Positions 1-13,135 of a DNA stretch of 64,000 bases are shown here, piece after piece. The stretch is from Eledone cirrhosa (Eukaryota). The stretch's first letter is position 1, and each line of letters starts with the position of its first letter. The notes under the pieces are model-generated. The model saw only the letters and a list, made by a program, of their open reading frames with translations. It ran no database searches and had not been told where the DNA came from. Where the stretch lies: contig OZ024746.1 in the NCBI GenBank assembly GCA_964016885.1, positions 9,858,001 through 9,922,000 on the forward strand, given 5' to 3'. A program made the position numbers and the translations under genes.

Positions 1-482
1 AAATAGCATGTGACGTACATAGCTGAATGATTTCAACAACTCAACTTTGTATTTTGAGGAGAGGTGGTACTTTTAATTTGCATTGATTTCTTTAACCAGA
101 TTTTCTTAAATTTTCATTACATATTCACCTGTATTTTATTCCCTTCTAATCTATACAAACATTCTTTATTCTTTGCTCAGGTTTTACAGGCAATATAATA
201 TAAAAACCACTCATTTTCTATAAAAAGATGTCCTCATAAAATTGTGCAAATCACTTTTTATTGATCTTTACATAAAGCAAATTTTGAACGTGCCAAATAA
301 ATATAGATTTCTTTATCCATTAATTTATGATGAATTACTTGTAATTTCATTTGATGTATTCGTAATTTTGTTAATTATTTAATTTTCAATGCGACAAAGA
401 TTCTATCCTTTCATAAAAGACACACAATACACTTTTACATTTCATATTTTTTTATTTATAACTTTCCATATTTTATTTGCAG

Positions 483-634
483 CCAGAAGAATTGACACAA
501 GCATTGGAATATAGCAATATAGTCTTCAGTTTCCTTTTTGCTGTTGAAATGTTGCTCAAAGTTGCAGCATACGGTCTTTTTGGATACATCAGTGATGGGT
601 TCAATTTATTTGATGGATTCATTGTAGTGTTAAG
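483..634 (+). CDS. Cav3: T-type voltage-gated Ca2+ channel alpha-1 (Cav3), internal exon, domain II S2-S3
   Basis: Acceptor ttttatttgcAG (481-482), donor GTAAGC (635). 152 nt, phase 0 to 2. Translates [50 protein letters not shown](S), typical of Cav3 IIS2/S3. Confidence 0.95.
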
Positions 635-3600
635 GTAAGCTTCTATGTTTTTCCTTAATCATTTCGTTAGAATATTTTTAATAAAAGACATTGCCAGTAA
701 TGGTCAAACTATTTTGAAAACAATAAAGAATTTCGAAGGATTTAGTAAAAATAACTAATTTTTGTATATTTATCAGGTGTTTGGAATGTAACTTAACAAA
801 GAATTGATTGACGAGTTTTAAATAAATATAAATGCTTCAAAATAACAACTCAGTATCAAAGAACCAGGGGCAGTTTCAGGCAGATTGGTATCAAGAGGAT
901 TAAATGTATATAGTGTGTTTGATATATTATTAAATGTTTTTACTCTCTATGCCAAATCATATTAATACATGCACTTTTCTGAATAATGGAACAAGAAATA
1001 AGTCCAATTTAAATTCAAAAGAAAAATCTTTTAGCTCTTTTAATACCAAACTGCCTGAAACTGCTCTTGATTCTAGAATACAAAATTGTTTCCTTTAAAA
1101 TGTTTATATTTATCTAAGAAACTTTAAGCTATGGTTGGGATGATGATAATGATGATGGTGGAGGTAGTAGTGGCAGAGGAATAGCAAGCAGTTGTGAGGA
1201 GGGTCAGTCTTCACACTCTTCCAGTACAGGTATAAAGGGGCACAAAGTTTCTCCTGAGCTATAATGCCTGTTAATTGAGGTGGGTGCCTCCCAAAATGTC
1301 TTTCTCCTCCCAGAGGAGCTGGTGATGGTGGAATAACGATGACAATGAACATGATGATGGTCATGATTGTGACTAACAACTGGTAAAAGTTCACGTTAAG
1401 GAAAGTGACCTTCGAGATGCTGCAGGTTACCAGCATCAGTAAGAGTCAATACAAATGCTAGTATTCATGGCATGAAGAAACAACAATTCTCCTAAAGTCT
1501 CACATTCTCCCTTGATATTTGTCCCTAGTTCAGCCCTGATCAAGCAGGTCTATAATGAAAGACATTCCACCTGTGGCCACTCCATCTAGGACTACTTTAT
1601 CCAGCACATCATTTCTTCTTTTCCATGATAGGAAGATATTATTTGAGGAAGATTTGCGGCTGTTTTCAACTGGTCACATGACCACACCAGTGCCAGATTT
1701 TTACTTAATATTTAAATTTTACAAAGTTTAGGAGTCCCTTGTTAAAAAGTTACACCAGGTCTCACAAAAATTGATAACATATATGCTTTTTAATTATTTT
1801 TTTAGCTCCCCTGTAGATTGCGTGGCTCTAAGTTTACATTTGCATAGCCTGTGCCTAAATCTAGTACCAGACTGCTCAGAGGCAACATACTGTTGTTTAC
1901 TAAATATTAGATGTAAGATGTCTACAGAAAGATTGTAACAGAGATTATTTATCTGGGAAAACATTAAAAGTAGACATTAAAAATTGATCAGAAAGAAAGA
2001 TTGATATTTTTTATAGGATGTGAAGAAAATTGATATCAGGTGATGGTTGGTGGCCTATCATCAAGTGAAGTAAACCAATAAAAACCCAAAACAAGACATC
2101 CTAAATCATTAAGAGGTAATAGGGCAGAGTAACAAAAGGCTATCATATCTATAGCAGGCTAAGCCAGAATGTTAAAATAGTCCTAAAAATGATAAGTATC
2201 ATCTGCTGCTGTAGTAGAATCATCACTGTTGTTTATCATATCATCACACCTTCTTCATTTACACTACCACATTCCTCCAAATATTTTCCTCCTTCCCCAC
2301 TCCATCATAATACCACCACTGCCACCACCACTACTACTGCTGTACTCCACACTCTGACCATCACTACTGATATCTTTATCACTGCCAATATTATTATTAT
2401 GAATATTATCAACATCCTACCCTTCCTCTTCCTCCTCTTCATCATTCCCTTACTCATCACCCTCCATCCTCATCCTCATCGTCCTCAGCATCAGCATCCC
2501 CTATTACAACTGCCACCATCATCATAATCAGTAGCATGTTGGATGCCACTACTACTACCATTGTATTATGGCCTTCATTATTAAACTGCAGTCATTACCC
2601 TCACACTCATGTGTTATTAATTCCATTCTTTTTTATATATTCCTCCCTCTCTCAGATTTTAACATCAATATTTGGTCCAGCATCAATTCTCCCCCAACAC
2701 CACCGCCAGCACTACTGTCAACATTTTCTTTAAAAATCAATCTTCAGAAAGTTTCAATAAAAACTCCAGTCAGTGATAGCCAAAAAAAGTTAATTTTTTC
2801 TCCTTTTTTTTATTTCGTCTTTCTTTCTATTAATTTTAAAATCAATCATTTCTTAAGATCAATCTTCTGGCTTTGAAATCAATTTTTGAGTCAATTTCAA
2901 GTTTTACACAAAATTAATTGTTGACTTACAAACTTGTACCTTAAAGAAACCATTTGCCAAAGATACTAATTTTGGAATTTAAAAACCTTGATTCAAATTG
3001 CTTTCAACCATTCTTTATTTTATTGCTGGTACCAGAATAAAATACACTTAGTATACTCTGTAAAGTGGTTAGTGTTAGGGAAAGCATCTAGCCATGGAGA
3101 AATAAAATGTTGAGGACACTCTTTAGTTGTGTCAAAGACATGATAACCTCTTGAGTGCTGGTGACATAATAAAATATACTTAGTACACTCAGTAAAGTCG
3201 TTGGTGATAAGAAGTTGTAGAAACCATGTCAAAGCCAGAACATATATGAGACATGGTTCACAGTCTTCCTGGGCAGACAATAGTTCCTATTAAGTACTGA
3301 CTTGGTCAGTGATCATCCATCCAATTCATGCCAGAATGTTTTATCAGATATTAAATGATAATGATGATGATTGCCTATATAGGTTAAAGCACTGCCCATG
3401 ATATCTATTTTTCTGAGCCTTTGAGATTGACAAGAAAAAGATAGGTAGTTATCCTCAAATGTTTACATCAGAGTGAACTCTGTTAAAGACACTGAAGGAC
3501 CAAATGGTAGTGTTAAAATGGGCAATTTTAATACCATCCAAAAACTCAGAAGGCAAAGAGCCAGAACTATTCTCTTACTCTTACTACAAGGCATGTCATT

Positions 3601-5036
3601 TGATGCTGAAACACTTTTGCTAATCTGATAAATACTTTGAACCAGTACTTTATTTTATTGGCACCCACCCCACCTCCATTTGGATAGTAAAGCAAGGTTG
3701 ATCTCAGTAGGATTTGAACTCAAAACACAGTGACCTAGAATAAATACCACAAAGCATTTTATCCTTTCCCCCTAATGACTGCCATGTTGCCTTTACAATT
3801 TACAAATTTTAAATACTTTAATATTTGGCAGGTGGGGTTCTTTTTTCATTTTAGTAAAACTATTTTTGTTTATTTATTTAATTGTCTTAAGTTACAAAGT
3901 GCCAGGCAAGCAACAATGGAACTTCTCTTTTTGAAGAGTTTTTAGTTAGCATCACAAGCTGTGCTGGAAATAGCTAATTTAATAAATCCTGGCAGAAAAT
4001 TAAGTAAAGCAAGTTAGAGAATATTGCCAAAAGATAATTTTCTGACACAAGAAAACAAAATTGTTCTTCACACGTTTAAACATTGTTTTATTAAAGCAGA
4101 TAAAATGGATTCAATCAAACCAAGTAACTGACAGTTTACTTAACCTGTCTGGCACTTGTTTTTGAGCTGGCTCTTTGGACATTTTGTTTTTCTTTTATCT
4201 TTACCATTTAATTATGTATGTTTTCTTTTTGTTATCAATACCAATATTAGAAGTTAGATATGTCTACAAATTCAGAAAATTGGCTTTATTTTAAGACCAG
4301 GTGTTCAATAGAAGTATATGGGTTAAACATGTCTACATATTCAATGAGTTTGATTTACTATAAAAGTAGACAGTCATTGCCATTATAAATGTCAGATATG
4401 TCAACAGATTTTGACAATTTGCTTTATTCTAAGACCAGATGCCCTACACCAGTATGGGTCTGAAATATGTCTACAGATTCAAACTGTTGGTTTTATATTG
4501 CTGTTTAGCCACATCTCAACTCTGTGTCAAGATCTGTGATCAAAAGTATTCCATGTTGATCCTCTATTTCTTTTATGTAGAGGGAACCTAGAACAACATT
4601 ATCCAATGTGCCTTTTGTTAAGAAGATAAGATGATTTAAGGGAAATTTACCTGCTATTTCTAACAAATCAAACAACTAGGAGCTCCCTCGTTGGCTTGTC
4701 TAAGAACAGGTAATCAATGGAGGTTAAATAAAGGAACAAATTCAAACATTGGCTTTATATTGTTTTTACCTTGTTTAACCTCAGATCAGCACTGACTGAG
4801 ACAACCTATGATCAAAGTATTCCAAAGCCATATTATCCATTGTATCCTTTTCCAAGATTATAGGATGTAATTCAATAACTATTTAGCTGCTATTTCTAGC
4901 AACTCAACCTCCCATACACACATGCACTTAGCTAATTGTATATGTTCTCTTTTGAAGGAAAGATGAATGACTAGGTCCTTGTTCAATAACAGCTTATTAA
5001 ACATTGTTTCTTTTTATTTTGTTTCTTTAACTACAG

Positions 5037-5222
5037 CATTATAGAACTTGCGCAAGATGGTGCTGGTGGCCTGTCTGTATTACGTACATTCAGGCTACTG
5101 AGAATTCTCAAGTTGGTACGCTTCCTTCCTGCTCTCCGAAGACAGCTTATTGTCATGTTGAGAACTATGGATAATGTTGCTACTTTCTTTGCACTACTTA
5201 TTTTATTTATGTTTATATTCAG
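5037..5222 (+). CDS. Cav3: Cav3 internal exon, domain II S3 end, S4 voltage sensor, S4-S5 linker and S5
   Basis: Pyrimidine tract plus ctacAG acceptor, donor GTGAGT. 186 nt, phase 2 to 2, in frame with the previous exon. (S)[61 protein letters not shown](S) carries the Cav3 signatures [12 protein letters not shown] and TMDNVATF. Confidence 0.97.
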
Positions 5223-5700
5223 GTGAGTTTTTCTTCTTTTTTCTTCTTTCAAACTTAAACTATACTTTTGTTTCTCAGTGAATTTTTAACACTTGTTCTC
5301 ATTTAATGTTAATTATAAATTTTCTATTTCACTTAGGATTATATTAGATATTATCAAAAAAAAAAGAGCCCACAAAATTTATAGTCTTCCTTTAATAACA
5401 ATACCATCGTTGGTTTAAAGTTTAAGTCATTTCACAAGATATATGATTGAATACCTCAGTTCTCCATTTTATTGTGCTTTATTACTGGTATATGTTGTAT
5501 TATTTATGGATGCATCATGACTGAATTGAATGGTTAAGAAGTTAGCTTTGCAATGAAGAGATTCTAGCTTTGGTCCTATTGCATGTCACTCTGAGCAAGT
5601 TTCTTTTACCTTAGCATCAGGTTGACCAAATCTTTATGAGTGAAACGGGATTGACATAACCATTTGGAAGTTTGTTGGATGGAATGTACCTGTCATTTAA

Positions 5701-5920
5701 CCCTTTAGCATTTACATTACTCTATAAATATTATTGTATTTTCGTGGTAAAAGCTTTATTTCACATAATATCTAACATAATATTGAATTTATGAGATTTT
5801 GATATTATCTATTTTGATAACAAAACCTTAACATCAGTATGAGTGACCAGTTATGACCGGTTTGAACAGAAAGAAGGGAGAAAATTCTGGCCAGATATGA
5901 CTGGTTTAAATGCTAAAGGG
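5701..5920 (+). mobile_element. piggyBac-type MITE, about 220 bp (family A)
   Basis: TTAA on both sides and TIRs CCCTTTAGCATTTA...TAAATGCTAAAGGG. Homologous copies occur elsewhere in the window. Confidence 0.85.
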
Positions 5921-6892
5921 TTAAACAGCCAGTTTGTCCCAGTGTCCTGCTAACTTTCCCTGAGAATTATGTGAAAGATACCTGTCTTTTTTTATAACTG
6001 TGGAGTACTCAGCTAATGATACATTTATTTAACAAATAGGCATTCTGTTAACTGAATATCTGAAACCCTCATCGTCAAAACCAACATTTTTTTGTATATT
6101 GTTGTTTGATTCTTTCATTTTTTACATTAGCTCTCTTCCCTATCCCTCTCTTCCCTCTTTCGCTCTCTCTCTAATTGGTAATATTTGTGGTAATTTACTC
6201 ATAGTGGTCTTAGATAAATACATACTTAGATATCTTTCTTCATTTGCCACAGGGGTGTACAAAAATGGGACATTACAAGATGTGATGGCGGGAGTTTTTA
6301 CATAAAAATCATATAAGTTTAACATTAATAAATAGCAATAAACTATATATAATATTGTTATTTATTAAATACATACTTTGATATTTGGTGCATAATACCA
6401 GCAGAGGAAAAGACTCTATTCTATGATCAGCTGTCTTATATACTAACAGCAGTGTGTCAGGGTGATTGGTTATTTCTGCTTGGGGAACTAAGTGAAAACA
6501 GCCTTCCTAGACCAACATTGGCAGTCTTTAAGAAACGTTCCAAATGAAACCACATGAGAGACTGTTAGCTTGTAAAAAAAGACTTCACAAAGACTGGTTC
6601 AATGACAACAAACTCATTATTACAAATCTGTTAAAACAAAAACATGACAGCTTCCAGTAGATATTTATGATCATATGTAGATGAGAATGTTGATTAAATA
6701 TCTAAACATCTGAATTGTTGCTAATGTGATTAGAATTTTTCAGACTACTAACTTCATTTTTTATAGATGAAAAATGTTTTGCTTTAGAATAGTTACCCCT
6801 ATGCTGTGTTTTCTATTTGGCATCATCTCCAGCCATCATCAGGAGCCTGTCTTATTTATAGACATGTTTCATTGTACTGAACTACTTTTTAA

Positions 6893-7104
6893 TCCTTTAG
6901 CATTTACATTATTCTATATTTACTATTATAATTTACTATAATTTACTATTATAATCTCGCATAATATTGAATCTATGAGATTTTGATGTTGTTTATTTTG
7001 AGGACAATACTGTAACATCAGTTTGAGTGGCTGATTACTGCTAGTTTGAACAGAAAGAGGTGAGAGAACTCTAGTTGGATATAACCGGTTTAAATGCTAA
7101 AGGG
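6893..7104 (+). mobile_element. piggyBac-type MITE family A copy
   Basis: Same TIRs, TTAA flanks and internal sequence as 5701-5920. Confidence 0.85.
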
Positions 7105-7642
7105 TTAACACATCCACTTTTCCTATTTGACCTTTATTTTAATTACTGTACTCGATAGTATATAATACTTCCTCTTTTCCCCAAAAATGGTTAAAAGAAA
7201 TATTATCCTGGTCTCAATTGTGAATTTGAGGTATTTGAGAGGCTAATGTCTTCTTAATATTCCATGCTGAAATGTCTTACACATCCTGGGGTTCTATATG
7301 ACGTCAAATATGGTATATAGCATTTTAAATCTTGTTACTTGAGGTTTTAAGAATGAAGACATAAAACTCCTGCGTAATTACAGTAGTAGTAGCAGCAGTA
7401 GCAGCAGCAGTAACTGTTGGTGTTGCTGCTGTTGTCAAATAGAGTAGATATTAATTGATTTGAAAATCTATTACATTAATTAGCAGCTGTACAAGTACTG
7501 AACTGTTCACCATATATGGTAGTAAATTCAACATTTAGCTGCAGGGGAGTTTGCTGTGGTCTCAGACAAGCTATCCTGCTTGCTTTAATGCAATAAGACA
7601 AGCAGATACCTGGAAGGATTGGATTTAAACTGATGAAGTGTG

Positions 7643-7725
<83 letters not shown>

Positions 7726-8094
7726 ATGCGTGTCTGCATGTGTGTATAAGATTAAGTGCAGACTAATGCTTCAGGCTATTCAATTATTCAATAAGAAAAT
7801 TGGAAATATTGCTGCTCAAAACATTGGTCTATACATGCTCACAGAAAAACAACACACTATACTTCATCCACAATTTCAGTAACCATGGTATTAATACTTC
7901 TAAATGTCCAAAATATTCTGGGATTTTTCACTTCTCATAGCAAATCAGCATTCTGGTATTTTTCTTATATGGATTTCCTTCAATTATGAATCTTATTTTA
8001 CAACATTTCAGTTTAATTCTAAGCTTATTCTAGAAAAAATCCGAGTCATCATTAATTTACTAATTCTGGTGGCTATCCTTCTATGTCATTTTTT

Positions 8095-8322
8095 TAACCC
8101 TATTGTTACCAACCTGGCCAAAACCAGCTCTGGTTCTATGAAATAAAACCACCCATTTTCAAGGGTTCCAATTTAAATTTAAATCTCCCAACATAATTTT
8201 ATACATTATATTACTATTTTAGTAATGAAATAATTAATAATTTTAATAAATCTTTCAAAGTTCTTAATTAATTAATTGAAACAGAGTGTATATCATTAGA
8301 AATGCAGTCATGAAAGGGTTAA
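8095..8322. mobile_element. older TTAA-flanked MITE (family B), with related copies near 660-903, 54546-55010 and 55056-55300
   Basis: Degenerate TIRs ttaaccctattgttacc...gtcatgaaagggttaa and internal motifs shared with the other copies. Confidence 0.5.
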
Positions 8323-8392
8323 ACTTCTCTTAGTATTTAATCCTTTGTATAGTATCTACTTGCTTCATTGATGTAACCAAAATATTGCTTAA

Positions 8393-8613
8393 CCCTTTAG
8401 CATTTACATTACTCTATATTTACTATTGTATTTTTGTGGTAAAGACTTTTATCTTACATAATGATCTCATATAATATCAAATCTACAATATTTTGATGTT
8501 ATTTGTTTTGAGAACAATACCTTAACATCAGTATGAGCAGCCAGTTATTATCCTTTGAACAGAAAGAGGTGAGAAAATTCTGGCTGGATATGGCCAGTTT
8601 AAATGCTAAAGGG
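8393..8613 (+). mobile_element. piggyBac-type MITE family A copy
   Basis: TTAA-CCCTTTAGCATTTA ... AAATGCTAAAGGG-TTAA. Confidence 0.85.
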
Positions 8614-9099
8614 TTAACTCAATATGTTGTTTTGTCTGATATTTGAGATATATCACCATTGGTTGTGTCCTCAAAAGTCCTGTTTTCCAGCATGAGCCTG
8701 GTGACAGGCGGCAGAATTTTAACTAACATTCAAAAAGAGCCATAACAGATATCCCAATGTATCTTATCTGATGCTTTTAGAATTCCAACAATCACTTTCC
8801 CTGAATTATATGAATTTTGTTTTTTCATAATTTCAAGGTCAATAAAGTACATTCTGTATTGATCTTGAAATTATTGAAAAACAAAATTGATCTCAGTAGG
8901 ATTGGAACTCAGAGTACAGGAACAACTACCACAAGGCACTCTATTTGATGTTCTAATAACTCTACTAATTTAATGTCTTCTTTTTTTTTTACATATGTAA
9001 AAAGTAAAAAGACTAAACACTTTCACTAACAATTAACAAAAATACCAATAGCAGTTTTTTTCTTTTTGTTTTAGGGTTTAGTCAATGGCTTAGGGATTG

Positions 9100-9595
9100 A
9101 TATAATTGATACTCAATTTAAACATTTGTAGTCAACGTCAGTAGGGAAAATATGGCTAGAAAAGGGAATCCCAGAGGGTTGATGATCTTAGAAAGAACTG
9201 GTCATAAGGGTTTAAGGGTTGGTATAGGGGTTGTTGTGTGACTCATAGTAGAGGTGGTGTGAGGAGAGATGTGTGTGTCAGATGGATCTGAGTATAGCTG
9301 GTATGTAACTAGTTAGTTCAGAGATAGAATAGACAGAGAGCATGAGGGAGAGGTAGAGAAAGAGGCAGTAGCACATCTGTGGGCCAGAACTTATAGGGTG
9401 TTAATGAGTGAGATATTTCCAATCAGTCCAATGGTTTTCTTTTCGATTTATATGTGTAGCAACAGCAACAGATGTAGGTTCAACGTGGGTTTATCCTGAG
9501 TTTTGTAGAGAGAGAGTCAGAAGCTGTCTGGGACTGAAGTATTCTCTGGTCCTAAACAAGAAATCTAGTCGTTGAGATGCAGTTTTAGCTATGTT
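9100..9595 (-). mobile_element. degenerate CR1/L2-group LINE RT C-terminal fragment
   Basis: The minus strand reads IAKTASQRLDFLFRTREYFSPRQLLTL..., resembling the region downstream of RT in CR1/L2/Crack-type LINEs. It is frameshifted. Confidence 0.5.
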
Positions 9596-12500
9596 GTGTG
9601 TGTCTGTGTGTGTGTGTGTGTCTGTGTATGTGCTTTTGTGTGTGTGTATTTGTGAATGTGTGTATTGTGTATGTGTGTATACAGAGGGTCATCAGGAAAC
9701 TTTAGGTAGAACAAAATTTCTAAGATATTTTCAGAAGCACTAATATATTTTGAGAACCTTGGTAGAAATCATAATTCCATCCCTAACCTTATCCAGCAAT
9801 ATTTATTGCAGCAGTTCTTTCAGCTTCATCTTTATCCAAATTCTTAATAGTAATTATGCCAAATATAAAAATTGAATATTACTTCATAAGTAACGACTGC
9901 CGGTCAAGATATGATCCTAGTAAGGGGAAAATATGAAAATTGATGTCATTCTGTTTATGTAAGTTTTAAATACTCCATTTAATACATAATCTCCATGTAT
10001 ATATTGATTTTAATTTTAATTTTTGTTGTTTTTGTATATAATTATGCTTCTTTAAAAACAAAACAATTCTTCAATTGATTTTAAAAAATATATTGAGAGT
10101 CAGCTGTTTCATTCAGTAAGTGATCCTTACAGCATCTTTCAGAGACAATTATTTATTTAGAGAAGATTTATTGTAAAAAATGCAAGTGTCTTTTGTGGTT
10201 ATGAAAACAGAAAAGGGAGGGAAAGGCAAGGGCTCTAGGGTGACAGAAACGTTACTTATTTCTGTCATATCAGATATATAGTAATGTACAGCATGGTGTG
10301 CACAAAAGTACTGGAATTTGCCTCTTAGTGGAAGAAAGAAAACAAAAGACCATTGTCAGCCACTGTCATAGAAATGAGGAAATAATTTCGAGAATTTAAG
10401 ACTTAATGTGTGTTAAACTTACTAATGCCTGCTTCCTTCTCAGTGGGCTACCATTCCTTCTAGCTGATATAACAACTCAGCTTGGTAATTTTTATTTAAT
10501 GTTTTCACTCATTATATGTTGATTAAGCATAAATATTTTTCTCCAGCCATGCCAACTCTCAGCAATTGTGTAATCACCCAAACTAATAATTTTCATCATA
10601 AAAGAATGTAATACATTCAAGAATATCATTGCACACTTGAGAACAAAAATACACCAAAAGAATAAAGAAAATAAACATCAGTAAAGAATTTACTTCAAAT
10701 TCTATATTGAGAGGCTTAGAAAATGCTTTAAGGTGTAACTGTCTGAATAAAACATTCTAACTAAATATTTACTTTATGAATATTCTTGGTATTTAATTGT
10801 TTTTGTCTTTGCCAGTCTATGAAATAATTACCATCACCATCATTATTATCAACATCAGCGTTATTATTACAATTTATCATTATTACTATTATTGTTGTTG
10901 TTATTGTTACTATTATTATTATGATTATTCATTTACTTATTTCTCTTCCTTCATTTTAGTCGATGTTTCCATAAATCTACAAAAAGCTGTATCAACCAAA
11001 TGTTTAACATTAATTGACTGAAGTTTAATAATATTTCCTTTAAACTTTTTTAAAATATCTTTATTCTATTTCATTATTTTTTAATATATTTCTATCAGTT
11101 TCTTTCTAATTATGACTGAAAAATAATTTGATATACTCTTTATTCTCTGTTTGCTAGCATATATATATATATACATATATATTTATACATATATATATAT
11201 ATATATATACACACACTTATACATATATATATATATGCATACAAATATTTATGTGTATATATATATATATATATATCCTTTTGCATGTATTTTGTTCAGA
11301 TGATTTATTGCAATGTATGTATATCTGTTAGATTTATGACTAAAACTACTTGGTGCATTAATTGTATGTCTCTTAATATCTGTATCAATGTGTATATGTA
11401 TCTAAATATCCCTCCCTCTCTCACTCTCTTTCTCTCTACCTGGCTGTCAATATAGTTTGTCACTATTCCAATTACCTGCCCATCTGTCTACTTGTGTATT
11501 TTAATAAATGTATTTAGCTTCTTTTTCTTTTTTTCCTTTTAGTATTTCACTTTATTTTTCACTTGGAAAGCTTTCCTTTCCCTGTCAATATATAATACTC
11601 TTTATTCTTCGTTTGTTCGTAATGGATACTAAAAATGTCAACTTGTATTTAGAGTAAGCACCATGTTAAGTAATTACTCCATTTGCCTCAATCAACCTTA
11701 CTGAAAAGTAGTTAGCACTCCTAACTTACAGTCAACGATTAAAGTGTGAAAGGTAATTCAGCTGTAAAACACACACTCATATTCAATATGGGAGGTTTAA
11801 CATTAAGATGATAGGTTGTCTGTCAACTCCTATTTGAAATGATCTTTATTCAGGAATAGATTATTTATTAGAATATGATGTTGGTGTTTTGTCTTAATAT
11901 ATTATTTTCTTTTTCTTATATTCCTCACGACTCATTGTTCTGTTATAAGTAGAAGATAATTATGCACAATATCTGTGGCTGTTACCGTTATTTTCTATAT
12001 TGGGAATTTTACTCAATATAGTCTACTGGAATACAATTAGTTTCTCTTTTGCATTTGCTGGTTTTGGGGTTTTACTGATTGGAAACAATTTCCTTTCTGT
12101 CTACAAATATTACTGTATGTCGTATGTCATTGTTATTGTTTTATCAGTAAAATTACTAAACACAGATCAAAGACCATACCAAGGTATTTTCATTATTTTG
12201 AGGTGAATAATTCAGGATTAGTCAGAAAACCTTTTAGCTTTACATCAAGCAAAGTATTCTTTAGTAAGCAGTGCCAGGTTTGTTGTTTTTCTCATACAGC
12301 TATATTTGTTGGATTGTTCTTGCAATCTGTAACCAGGCTAAATATTTTTGGTGATTTTTATCATTTACTTTAAATAGAACAAATGGATCTCTGCCTGAGT
12401 TGACGATAAGTATTCAGTTGTTCCACCAAAATCCTTTCCCACTTGTTTTGGCTTGCACCCTCCCCTCTAGACATAGCCACCAAATTTCCCTCAGATCATG

Positions 12501-13135
12501 CCCTACTATCTTAGAAGAAGAAAGGCACATTAGATCATGTAGTCTAGGATACATTATACCTAAAAAAGACAAGATGATCACAACTAGAATGCCTTTGATC
12601 ATAAGTCTGCACAATCATGGCTAACTGGGCACAACAACAAAGAAAAAAACTAGTTTCTAATTTTATATTAAATTTCTATTTGTTTTGGTTTGAGGCTTTC
12701 TTAAAACAAAGTAAATATAAAAAAACAACAACTATGATGGACTGAACTTATTGTTCACAGTTTCCACCAGAGGAATGTTCTATAGTATTTTCCTTTGTTC
12801 TGAAACATTATCCCAAATCCCCCAGTGTTTTATTCACTGAAAGGTCAAGCTGTAGAATGGAGTTTGACAGCTGAAGCCAGTCCTCAGTATAACTAGTTTC
12901 GTAATACAAGTCAACAGTTACAATTTACATGTATTAAATATATCCCAGTATTATAATTACCATATTCATTAGTTTTATAATGTATTGATGGATCTTGTAA
13001 GCAATTTACAAAGCTTTACCTGCAATAAAATGCCATTTGTTTAGTTTTGTTTATGGTTATTTGATAATGTTGATACTTATGCCAATTTTAAGCAGTCAAA
13101 ATTACTACCATACACAACAAAAGTAAATGTCATTT

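Noticed and set aside
5031-5252. Minus-strand 73-aa ORF (likewise 56122-56613 and 56172-56372)
   Set aside because: These are antisense shadows of real + strand Cav3 exons.
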